From Tubiluchus corallicola (lineage: Eukaryota > Animalia > Priapulida): a DNA stretch of 64,000 nt. Below the pieces are notes generated by a model. It saw only the letters and a program-made list of their open reading frames with translations, made no database searches and was not told the DNA's origin. This document shows, piece by piece, positions 51,001 to 61,900 of the stretch (within the stretch, counting starts at the first letter, position 1; the number at the start of each line of letters is the position of its first letter). The position numbers were made by a program, and so were the translations under genes. Location of the stretch: NCBI GenBank assembly GCA_030141605.1, contig JAQGDQ010000044.1, positions 806,001 through 870,000 of the forward strand. Reading direction: 5' to 3'.

Positions 51001-54000
51001 CATTGTTCTGAACTTGTAATCCACAGTTTTATGATCCAAATCCTTTTTACATTCACTCACTTTTGATCAAGTTTCGTTTTAGATTTTCAATAATAATGGG
51101 TTTTCACCCTCAATTACAAACAAGTTATTGCATAAATGTATTTGCTATATTTCCCTCTGTATATGTTAAGATTTCATTTTTGATGTGTGTAGTTGCATTT
51201 AAACTTTTAATCGCATTTAACCTTGACGCTATTATTTTATTCTCTCCAGCCGAACTTCACCTTTATTGCCTTGGATTAGGAAATCTTACCAGTTGCCATT
51301 GGTAATCCAAGTCATCATAGCTTTCTGTATATTTTTGCAGAGCAATCTAGTGATATTTATATCTTCAAAGATTCTAGGACAATAAAGCCTAAGTGTGAAT
51401 TCATGTAGGGTATACATGTAATACCTTTGTTGCTATATCTTTTCCATCAATTTTTGTTTTTCTGGACTGTGAGGTTAGCAGGGTGTGTAACTTGGTGCCT
51501 AATAATTGTTTCCAGTTTTATGTTATCATGTTCACTGATCATAAAATTTTCATTTCTGTAAAAGTAGAAGTTGCATAACTTATTCTTAATGGATATAATA
51601 CCTTTGCTGCTACTATTGTTTTGTAAATAAACATCTTGTTGTTCATTTTATGCTTTCACATAATTATGCAAATACTTGAGCAGCCGTATGAGAGCACACA
51701 AAATTAAATTAAATTGCTAAGATGATTCTTATGTTGCATTAACAACGTGAAAAGCTGTGTTAGTCTTAAATTACGTTACAAATAGCAGTGTGCGACCGAG
51801 ACTCTGCTTAGCAAAAATTGGCGTGTCTATTTCACATGTCGCTCTATGCTAACATTGAACATCCATTTCCATTCTCATTCCTCAGTTTTCCAGAAGTCTG
51901 GCATTGAATGTGCTTAACGAGGCTTTGCTTAACCAATGTCACGAAAGTGGCCTACATTTTGTGGACAATTTCCTGCTAATCAGTTTAGCTAATAACGGGC
52001 GGTTTCAAGGCCTCTCTTGTCCACTTCGCCTAACAGACATCATGCACATTGTGCCATGATCAATAGCCTGACCATTGAAGCGGTAATGTTATTGATTGTT
52101 GTTATCGGCTTCATTGGCACTCTGTTCTTGGTTTCTGCGTTTAGCCATGCAGGTCATCCATTTTTATGTCTATGGCAGCAGTTACATGTTTGAGTTACAG
52201 TGCCAGATGATTCCTATCTGTTAATTATTTCCGCAATGAGAGTTTGTGGCATTTCATTGCTTTAATACTTTCTTTGCATTTAACTACGAGTAATAATTAT
52301 TTGTTCAAGTCTGTAAATTACTCTAAATTCATCATATTTCACCATCGCATCACAGCTTTATTTCTTTATAGTCAGTAGGATTCTTGTCAAGTTTTTATTT
52401 CACTGACAGACAGTTCTGTGTAAATTTTGTCTACTTTAATTTGCATACCTCAGTTTCACATCAAAAATTTAACACATTACCTATGGAATGAACTGAGTAA
52501 AATTTAATTTTTTCCCCATCAAAATTACAAGTCTTCAACAATTAACCCCGAATTAATTTTTTCTCCACACAATTACCACATCCAGATATTTGCACAAATA
52601 CACAGGTAAAAATAAATGCTAATGACAGTGAGTGAAGAAAGTGATGGGTTGTTGAGAGACTATTAGACAAGCTGTGGAGAAATGGCATAGCGTCATATCT
52701 AGGTGTCTTGACCACTATTGAAAAACGATTAGTGCTGATTTACTTATAAGTCTTCCTGTTGAGTAAATTAAATACCCCTCCTCCCCCCTTTCTTTGAATG
52801 CGTAGATTCTTGTGTAGTCATTATAGGTAGTGAACGTTCCCTTGAAAAATTCATGCAGCTTTTAGGCCACAATGTGTACTTCACGGAGAATCTGTGTTTC
52901 ATCGATCAGCTCCAAATGTACGTCGGTTGTATTTCTAGCTCACATCGACCTGTAATGAACCGCCAACAAAGCCACTGAAAGGAGTCCGGGTCATAACGTC
53001 CCTGGTTTTGTGCCAAACTTTTCGTTCCAAGACCAAAAAGACCAATGAATGTCCACAGTGCAGTCAGGCAGTCGGTTACAAAATCAGCCAGTCGGTCACT
53101 TGCTTAACCAGCCTGTTAGTCAAGCCAACCGTGCTTTAACACACTGAGTGAATTTTACCAAGCAGGTTTTACACCAAACAAAAAAATTCTGGAATCCCGA
53201 ATGCTTATTAATAGTCATACTACACCCACCGCTGAACGGGCTATCTATCCATACCCAGTACCCCCCTCGGCCCGTTCCCGTTCTCTACATCTCAGCCGTA
53301 TAACTTTTGCAATTTTTTGCAAAAAACGGTCGAAAAAGGGGCATTTTTGGAGGTTTTTCGCCTCCCCTTTCTCCCGGTGGGCCCGATTCGAAAAATAAAC
53401 GATCAATGAGAAGACACTAGATCGAGACCTTTCGTTTGATATATAGATCGCCGCAAATGGTGCCCTCGTCCGGGCTGTAGCCTCGAATCTTATATATATA
53501 TATATACCAAGAATATTAATATAAGAGTATAGATACTGCATATATCCTCCTGTTTTATACACTCAAGACATCACTTTCGTTCGCAAAACGTAGTCCTCTA
53601 CTCATAAATGCTATCTCCTCCTCATACATAATGTAATAAATGGCACACGCACATGTTATGTGAATTTCGACTGTGTGCAAAGCTGAGAGGGCGATCGTTA
53701 TTCCGCAAAAGTACAGCTTCCCCGGAGCAGCGTATCTGTCAGTATCTCCACTCGGTCGTTATGGCTTAATGGCTTCCCATTTGTTTCTCTATGGTCCCAG
53801 TGGGCCCTGAAAACCACTCTCAATTTGGAAAAAGCTCGAAAACTCTTTTAATAAAACATCCAGCCATTGTCTTCAACCCGGGCAGTCGCCATATGTCGTC
53901 CCCCTGGTGTGCAATGCGCATTCTTAATAGGGAATATCGTTCTCAAGCATTATGACATTAAACTGTCGTACCTCATTGGAAATACTGCAGTTTGCCTTTT

Positions 54001-57000
54001 TCAGTCAGTGCGACGCTTGTAACAGTTGTCAAAATATTGATATTCGTGTAACTACAGCCTGTACTAAGTGCCACTAATTGAACTTTTATTGGTCGCATTA
54101 ATGACTATAATCCGGGGTTTTCATTAGTGAACAATGAATAGGTCTCCCATTACCATGTCGTTATCACTAATGCTGTGTGGTGATGCTGCTAAACGGCGCT
54201 GGCTTCCCCAGCCTTGTTTACATATAATGTCAGCCGAAACTTCCAACTTTCTGATTTAGTAAACTGCATGCAAAATTTTTAATATCCTCGATGCCGGGAT
54301 GTTTGCTGGATTTATATTGTAGCGAGTTTAGTTTATTGTTAATTTCTTCCATGTAAGACTCTTCTGTTTTCTTGAATTTTGTGAAATTCTGTGTTTTACA
54401 TTCGAAGGCCTGTGGGAGTCTGGAATTGCAGAAATGTAGATTTTTCCGGAGTCGTGAAAACTCGTAAGCGCATTATTTTCCGCTTTTCCAAAAATCATAA
54501 ATTGCCGTAGGGATATAGAAAAGAATTTTTCTTGACGTGACTTAAAGTTTTCTAAACCTGTTTGAAACAAATACGGGTATCATGTAATGTTTTTATCACA
54601 TTTGTTCAGTATAGATAACTAGGTAAATCTCCAAATTCTGACAGCTACATCCAACAGTACCAAAATCATGCAAATGTTTAAATTTTATAAGACCCTAATA
54701 AACACAAACATTTCACTTTTACAATGACCGCCCGACATTTCTGCTTTTACGACCTTTTTGCGGGCTCTCAGCCGTTCATATACGCCCACACGTCCTCTAG
54801 TTTTGAATTAGGTGGTATTCACATTTATTCAGCATTTCTACTTGCACTCACACTATTAGTAGAGGTAAAATCCAGTGTTTAATGAAGACCAAATCTTACA
54901 CGCAATACTAAGCATACGTACTTAAGTTTATACAATAGACCGGTGGGATTGACGTATGATTGAACGTGGTCTCTGTTGTGGTGGTATGTAATTCCACCTC
55001 TGGACTAACATTGTAAAATACATACTTTACTTATGTAAAGTGTATTCGAAATAAAATGATGTTAATAATAATAATAATACCGATGAAAATAAATTTGTGA
55101 ACTTTCTTAGGATCTTTACGAAGGTTTTAACCCTTTCGGATAGCCATTCATTTGACATTAAAATGAAAATGATTTCTACTGTAGTATTGCGTGCCCGTTT
55201 CTAGGACCAAATGGCGAGTACGGAAGAAAAGAAGTAACTGACTCTTTTAGCTCAGAATATTTTTTGAATTATTATCATCTTATACGAGATACAGATTTGT
55301 AATGCAACAATTTTTTCTAAAAATTTTGTCATAACGCTCTCTCTCTCTCTCTCTCGCTCTCTCTCTCTCTCTCCTCTCCTCTCCTCTCCCCTCCCCTCCC
55401 CTCTCCTCTCCTCTCCTCTCCTCTCCTCTCCTCTCCTCTCCCCTCCCCTCCCCTCCCCTCCCCTCCCCCTTCTCTCTCTCACTCTATCTATCTCTCTTTG
55501 TCTCTCTCTCCCTCTTGCTCGCTTCCTTTTTCCCCTTGTTCCTGAATTTCGTTTTCACTTTGCTCTTCCCATCTTCCTCATATTTTCAGCAGTTATAGGA
55601 AACAATAAACTTGCGACATTAACGCTCTTTGCCTGCAACGCTGATTGCGTGCGTTGACGAGTCTATTTTATTTGGACAACATGCTGTATTGTCTGGCAGC
55701 TTCATCAGTTTATACCACAAAGTAATGCTCGTGTGTTTGCTGTGTAAATTCGTACTGACACAAACATAAAGGCAGCGAATAACATTATGAAGGCTAGGTG
55801 TCGTTTTCCTGAATCCATTTCCAACTTTGAATGTTTGAGCCGATAACGATAAAGCCGTCTCACCAAGCTATTGACGCAGGCTATTGAATTTCACGATGCG
55901 CCACATCCAAAACTTCGAGAAATGGGTGGAGTTCCTTAGTAAATTCCCGTAAAATTTAATCTTCTGAACGAACGGATTGCCGTAGATTCTTTCGGATGTA
56001 GTAGGAACTTCTGTTAACCCTTTATCTCTGTCACTGCTTCGTCTGTTGTATTACTGCTGCATTGCTGTGCAGCAGTGCTGTTTTTTGGCTTTCTTGCTAC
56101 ATTTGTGTACGCAACTTTCAAATGTAATGAACAAGAATACAAATTTTGAGGACTTCCTCGAGCGTGAGATCATAAAGCAAATTAGAAAACGTCTTTGCTC
56201 CGGAGATTACTAATGGATGCAACTTTGTTATTCAATTCGACATTCTACAAGCAAGTATTCAGTGGTACAGCTAACTTCATGTGGATTATTGGCGAAAACT
56301 TCGCTCATTTGCTACGGCTCGTGCTCCTACAAGATGAGAGATTGTTCCAGCAGAAGTGTCTCAACGACACATGGATGTGAATAAAAATCCTTCAGCGAGG
56401 TAAAGACTAAAGAGCCACCCAGGAGTATTGAATCCAGACTGTCACAAGCACTTCAGTGACGAAGTGGCTTAAACTTTGGTCGCGAGGAATACGTACGTGA
56501 CCACTAGCTATTCACCTGCCTTCGTCGACAACACGTCTTATCGTTGTTGCCGTAAATTTGCGTTACATCAGACATTTACCATGTCTCCGTTGCCATTTCT
56601 GTTCACCCTCTTTTTATGTTTTTAAAATTTGATGAGTGAACAAAACATTTTCACATAACTTCGTGACCGGATCAATCTGTTATGTTTGAATAAATAATAT
56701 AAGCAAATAAATAAAACGATACAATTGTATATGATCAATTTAGACTAGTTGTTTTTGGTCCAGTAGCCGTTTTTGGTTGTTTCTCTAACTAGCTGGATAT
56801 AATAAAGAATTTGTTTCAGGTGTTATAGTTTCGATGATGTGAAACCGATATTAACCTAACAGAAACTAATTACATGTAAATAAATAACGTTGCCTGCCAT
56901 TATGGATGTTGCGCAAGATCAAAAATGTCTCATTAGTACTAGTACTTACCATAAAAATGTCCGCGATTTTCCTTGTGTTATTAGCTGAAAGGGCCTGAAC

Positions 57001-57990
57001 ATTATAATAAAGTTTAGCTTAAATTAAATAAAATATTGCCAAAGACAGTTGACACACACTGGCGATGTGTACATGTATCATGCTTTATGGGTTTCAATAT
57101 AGCAACATTGAATGCCATTCGCGCGGATATTAAACTTGCGCTCATAAACAGAATGAATTACAGGGAAACGATTGAAGTCGTGTTTTAGCGCCAGCTTGTT
57201 GAAAAATATGATCGATTAATTTTCGAAGAATTTTCCAGTTTTTCTGTGGGTTGCATAAACTAAAATATTACCGGTTCATGAGAAATCTTGTTAAGCTGCC
57301 ACGGCGCGTAAATGCGTTGGCGAATAAATTCTCTTCCATTATGGAAGAAAAGTACACTTGAAGGTTCCCAGTTTCTGGATTTTCATGCATAGTTTCTGCA
57401 ATCATTTATTTGTGATCTTATATTTGGGCTCAAATGTACTAGCAGAATTGCAAGCTGTTCAATGCTCATAATTGCTCATACACACACATACGCACAGTTA
57501 TGTGTGTGTGTGTGTGTGCGTGTGCGTGCGTGTATATGTGCGTGCGTGTGTAGCTGCGGTTGCTAGTAAAGAGGCGAATATCTGACTACTTGCCTTTTCA
57601 TCTTGACATTTAGTGGAAAAACCTGATTGGATTTATATTGTCATCGTAATAATTCTTTGACACAATCGGCCCGATTTGTTCAGCTGCATTTGCGCATACT
57701 ATCTAGGATCATAGTAGAGTTAAGACGCTGTTAGCGTATTTTAAACTGGGAGTTGAACTAACTAGAATTGAACTTGTGTCGGCATCCAGTTACAGTATCT
57801 AGTAAGAAATAGAGAAATAAATTTATTTTCTTGTTCTTTTGCAGGCAAAATCAAATACTCGGAGAGGGTTTACGACGCGTGTATGGAAGCATTCGATTGT
57901 TTACCTCTAGCAGCGATAATGAACCAACAATTTCTGTGTGTTCACGGTGGCCTTTCTCCCGAAATACATACACTAGATGATATAAGAAAG
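25045..57990 (+). CDS. PPP3CA: Serine/threonine-protein phosphatase 2B catalytic subunit (calcineurin A), first five coding exons: 25045-25093, 38814-39014, 42290-42414, 45116-45227, 57845-57990. The gene continues beyond the window.
   Basis: [27 protein letters not shown]...[24 protein letters not shown]...[25 protein letters not shown]...[69 protein letters not shown]. Contains the PPP motifs GDIHG, GDYVDRG and GNHE plus the calcineurin-specific VPFPP and HLTEYFTFK. Confidence 0.97.
26993..27102. repeat. Interrupted (TA)n microsatellite
   Basis: TA runs with a duplicated ATGCTTGACT interruption. Confidence 0.9.
27990..28400 (+). mobile_element. CR1-type LINE 3' end remnant
   Basis: MCYKIVH...SNHSLKLFV...[14 protein letters not shown] (typical CR1 ORF2 C-terminus), followed by an AATAAA/(AAATT)n tail. 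Confidence 0.75.
30888..31676 (+). mobile_element. Possible non-autonomous Helitron-like element with internal (CTGT)n subrepeats
   Basis: Repeated CTGTCTGTC...ACTTT...CTCG...GAGTAAT blocks (~30930, ~31350). The 3' end CCCGCAGGATATGATGGTAGT resembles a degenerate Helitron hairpin plus CTAG end. Confidence 0.4.
33143..33210. repeat. Compound (TA)n/(GT,GC)n microsatellite
   Basis: Seen directly. Confidence 0.85.
35178..35574. mobile_element. hAT-type MITE rich in TTCGAA motifs (copy 1)
   Basis: TIR TAGGGGTGAGCAT / ATGCTCACCCCTA; closely similar to the copy at 48582-48971. Confidence 0.85.
36104..36607 (-). mobile_element. Internally deleted Tc1/mariner element retaining a transposase fragment
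   Basis: TA|CAGGGTGTCTCAGAAATCACTATA left TIR; degenerate right TIR TATAGTGACTTATAGAAGCCCT. The minus-strand peptide [21 protein letters not shown] resembles the FQQDGAPPH catalytic-Asp motif. Confidence 0.72.
38814..39014 (+). CDS. PPP3CA: Calcineurin A exon 2
   Basis: [38 protein letters not shown]...DVEAPVT; AG/GT boundaries. Confidence 0.96.
41812..41897. repeat. Two-copy ~42-bp tandem duplication
   Basis: AACATATTAATTCACCTATTG(C/T)TTCTTATTTA(T/G)TTTATCCT occurs twice, with a 1-nt length difference. Confidence 0.85.
42290..42414 (+). CDS. PPP3CA: Calcineurin A exon 3
   Basis: [42 protein letters not shown]. Confidence 0.97.
45116..45227 (+). CDS. PPP3CA: Calcineurin A exon 4
   Basis: [37 protein letters not shown]. 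Confidence 0.97.
45650..46928. repeat. Degenerate ~53-bp tandem repeat array (about 18 units), interrupted by an RTE fragment
   Basis: Approximate consensus CCAAGGAAATAATGCCGAGACACATGTATCATGCATTTCCCTGCTGCCAGCCA; anchors at 46144, 46198, 46251 and 46304 are spaced 53-54 bp apart. Confidence 0.88.
46378..46692 (+). mobile_element. 5'-truncated RTE-clade (BovB-like) LINE 3' end inserted into the 53-bp array
   Basis: [23 protein letters not shown] and [16 protein letters not shown]...DVTRGR resemble RTE C-terminal motifs (KLQYFGHLMR...GKIEG; DREAWR...SRTRL); ends in a short (TGA)n tail. Confidence 0.78.
48582..48971. mobile_element. hAT-type MITE rich in TTCGAA motifs (copy 2)
   Basis: Perfect 8-bp target-site duplication GTTTTAAG (48574-48581 and 48972-48979); same family as 35178-35574; left TIR partly deleted. 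Confidence 0.87.
53200..53533 (-). mobile_element. Non-autonomous Helitron/Helentron-like element
   Basis: The minus strand begins A|TCTATACTCTTATATT, a Helitron-like 5' end, followed by (TA)n and a GC-rich body with GATCGAGACCTTTCGTTTGATATA, as seen in rolling-circle element families. The 3' boundary is uncertain. Confidence 0.5.
55337..55515. repeat. (CT)n/(CCTCT)n pyrimidine microsatellite
   Basis: Seen directly. Confidence 0.95.
56150..56700 (+). mobile_element. Possible highly decayed Penelope-like retroelement remnant
   Basis: [14 protein letters not shown] resembles the Penelope RT FxFNxxxYxQxxG motif; a decayed hammerhead-like motif lies at 56629-56659. Confidence 0.4.
57478..57552. 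repeat. (CA)n/(GT)n/(GCGT)n microsatellite
   Basis: Seen directly. Confidence 0.9.
57845..57990 (+). CDS. PPP3CA: Calcineurin A exon 5
   Basis: [49 protein letters not shown]; gtatca donor. Confidence 0.97.
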
Positions 57991-58106
57991 GTATCACTAA
58001 TGAAAAGTTTAAAATTTTGCATGCATATATAATTTGCTGGCAAACAATGTTATTCAAATCATGCTATATAAATAATGTACATGCACGTATGTTGTGGCAA
58101 TATACA

Positions 58107-58485
58107 TAGGGTTCCCTTGGTCAGGGAAAATCCTTGAAAATGCAGGCTATCCTGTAAAGTAATGGAAAAGTCGGGGAAAATGATGAAAATTGGGCGAAAG
58201 TCAGGGAAGTTGGAAAGGATTGCAAAAATAATCATCGTGAATCGATATTTTTCCAAACATATTTTTCAGCTATTCATGTTCAAATAAACGATTTCTATTC
58301 CAAAAGTAATGATTGACCGACACATTATATCAATTTATGTATGAATGTCCATACATAAAAATGTTTGAATATGTATACTGGTAATCCAATTTCTGCTTAT
58401 CTTGATCTTAGAAAATCAATATTTGGTAAGGGAAAGGTCATGGAAAAGTCAGCGAAATTTATTTTAAAATTCTGTGGGAACCCTG
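58107..58485. mobile_element. MITE with AGGGTTCCC/GGGAACCCTG termini
   Basis: TIR (T)AGGGTTCCC...GGGAACCCTG; repeated GGAAAAGTC(A/G)GGGAA subterminal motifs; imperfect 8-bp flanks (AATATACA/TTAATACA). Confidence 0.75.
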
Positions 58486-59238
58486 TTAATACACTGGATG
58501 TTATAAGAAAGGTATCACGATTTTAAAAGCATAAAATTTGACATGCATAAGTAATTTCTCGGGTACATATGGCTTACGAGATTAATGTTATACTGCTCCT
58601 GCAAATAATACTATATGCAAATCATACTATGGTATGCGTGCATGCAATATTGTGACAAATTTCCCCATAGGCCAGATACACACAAGAAAATTTTGTAATA
58701 CGTTTTTATAGGTTCTCTGGAATGAGCCTATATTGTAAGTGTAATGTTGCAGACATATTGCACTATTCTGTAAAAATATTTGCTCGTTATTTGTGCGCGA
58801 TGCATAAACACTTATCATTTATTTAATCAAAATTGATGATTAAAGCTATAACTGCTGATCTTTTATTACTTGCTGTTTGTGGCATTACAATGGATAAACG
58901 TAGTTGTGAGGTGTTTTTACAAAAAAACCTTTGCAACCTTTCCTTAGAAAAATAAACCTCACTTAGCACACCCTCCTCTTAATTTTACATCTTTTTGAAT
59001 GGCGTACCTAGCAACCGCCTGCTGATTTCTCTGCTCTGATTACCTGGGTGGAAGTGCATTAACTCACCTGTAACTTACACCTGTATTGCCCTGGATATTG
59101 ATGTTGGGGAATTCCGCGGCAACACATTCTCTTTAGCCGTGTAAATCTTATGTGATCAAAAAACCATTCCGTGTATTTGTAGTAGGGTTGTAAACTTGCT
59201 GTAAACTACAATCCAGTCTATCCACTCCTAATAAATAG

Positions 59239-59760
<522 letters not shown>

Positions 59761-61682
59761 ACCGCATATCTGTCGCTCTTTCTGTCTCCTGTTTAATTTT
59801 CTATCTCATTTCAAATCTACGTATTTCAGATTATCAGAAGTTATTTTGCGTTTCGCTTTTCAATGCGGTATGCACGTCGAATTATTTTCTTGCTGTCTTT
59901 CAAGCTTTTAATTTTCCTATTTTTAAAGGCTATTTTGCTTGAAAAAATGCACAGGATCTAAGCTTTAGTTGTTAAGCTTTGGTAAGACAAATTGTCGTAC
60001 TTCTGTAAATTAGTTGAAGTACATTAGGCCTAGTGTGCTTTGGGAATTCGAGTATGCAGAATGTTGTAAGACCTGTGTAGAAGGATGAATGATTCATAAT
60101 TGCATATGGGAAATTGGGACCACAAAGCATTAAGAACTGTTGTCGTAGAAGCTGACGAACCGTTGCCCTTGAAGGGCCTTTCTGTTTCTGAATTCCCCAT
60201 GCAGTGAAGTTCCAAGGTCCTGTGGCTTCCAACACTACTACACAGCATTCGTTTGCTGAACAGATTAAACCATGTTATGTTAGGTAGTTTGCTTCAATAA
60301 GCTGCTTTAGTGTCCAACTGGATTGGCTCAACTAACTGAGCTAAGCCATGTACAAGTATGTACATTTGCTGGAAACTTAATACTTTTGAAATAGAGGTTT
60401 CTACATGTTTACCTTGGCGTAGTCTGTCATTGACTTTACTTATTAGGCATAAATGGCATCCGCTGCAGTAGCATGCCTCTGAAATAACTTCATTAAATAA
60501 TCGCTGTTATGGTTTATATTTCTCATCATGTAGTTTCCAACCTAGAGCGCATGATTGTTTTAAGTTAGGTTTTTACAGGTAGCCTTAATTAAATTCAGAG
60601 CAAGAGATAGTAAGATTGTAGCGTTAACTTCTTTAATCTTGCAAAAGTGCACGAGCACACCATTGGTTAGCAATTAAAATAAGTACTGCAGATAGTTCAG
60701 TAAGACTTAATCTTTAACTAAATTTTATACTCTCACCGCCAGTTCCTGAAATAGTAGATGATTGTTGTAAACTGAAAACCCTTGTTTCAGTTGCTTTGTT
60801 TAAACGAATGCTTGTCTAATTTCTCGAAAAATAGGGAGTCTGGGCCCTCCATCTTATTTTGCACTGTGAAATCTAACTACTGTGTATACACGTATTAACT
60901 CTCCAGGTATAAAATATTTGCACTTGTGTATTTTGGAGTTACATGTAAGGCGCGATGTTCTCAACAACGACCGAACTATTTACGCGTCAAACGAACGGTG
61001 ATTTTTCCCTTTTTTCCGCAAAAGTCATAGAACGGAAATGTAAAGAACCGGACTGTTAGAGTTCTAGACATTACTGTAAAGAAAATTCAACGTAGGTGTT
61101 AACAGACAGAATTTTGTTTCCTGGGTGGCTACACTTTCTCGCAGTGGGTATTTTCCCGGATAGAATCCAAGCAAATTTTGTAAAAATGTTGCAAACAATT
61201 TCCTGAAAAAATCGATTTGTGCAACTACGAGGTCGCCCCGAAAAAATAAACACATTATTAGAAAGAGAAAGACCGATTGCAGTGTTTGAGTGTTTCGTGT
61301 AAGATAATGTTCACTGAACGAAAGGGAAGGGTGTACATATTTTGAAATTCTTTTAACATGTGAGTATATTTTGTTGGGCGGCTTTCGCGAAGTCATAGAA
61401 TTTAACAAAGTTGAGAATGAGAGACACCTGGTTTAGCGTTTTTATGAAACTCGTGTTTATTGCACGGCGCCAACTAAAGTCGCAATTGGACTAGAAAGAA
61501 ATTTGTAGCAATGCATTGACGATTGATCTTTCTCTTCCTTTTATATTAGTGAAAAAAAAGTCAAATGTGTGTCAGGCTGTCGTTAGACGTTGTCCAAGCG
61601 TTGTCAGCCTAGGTGTTAAACTTTTTTGTTTGATTAACACGTGAGATTGAGGGGGTCTTGAAAGTAATAATCTTAATTATTA

Positions 61683-61900
61683 CCGGGTGGCGTAGTTCAG
61701 TGGTATCGTGCTCACTTCTCACTCGCGAGGTCGCGGGTTCAACTTCCGATCGAGTCATACCAAAGACTTAGAATATGGTATCGCTGGTTCTTCAGCCAAG
61801 CACACGGGTTTATCGAAATTACGTGCGGTTATTATTGATTGGGACCACCTTGGAAATAAGTATTATTTAAGTGTTACCTAAGGTGTTTTCTCTGGATTAT
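61683..61900 (+). mobile_element. tRNA-derived SINE with a Meta-domain-like body and a LINE-like tail
   Basis: A-box TGGCGTAGTTCAGTGG and B-box GGTTCAACTTCC, then GTCATACCAAAGACTTAGAATATGGTATC (resembles the MetaSINE central domain as I recall it), then a GGACCACCTTGGAAATAAG...AGGTG L2-like tail. Confidence 0.72.

Noticed and set aside
61683-61750. Functional tRNA gene
   Set aside because: No clean acceptor stem or terminator; it continues into a SINE-like body.
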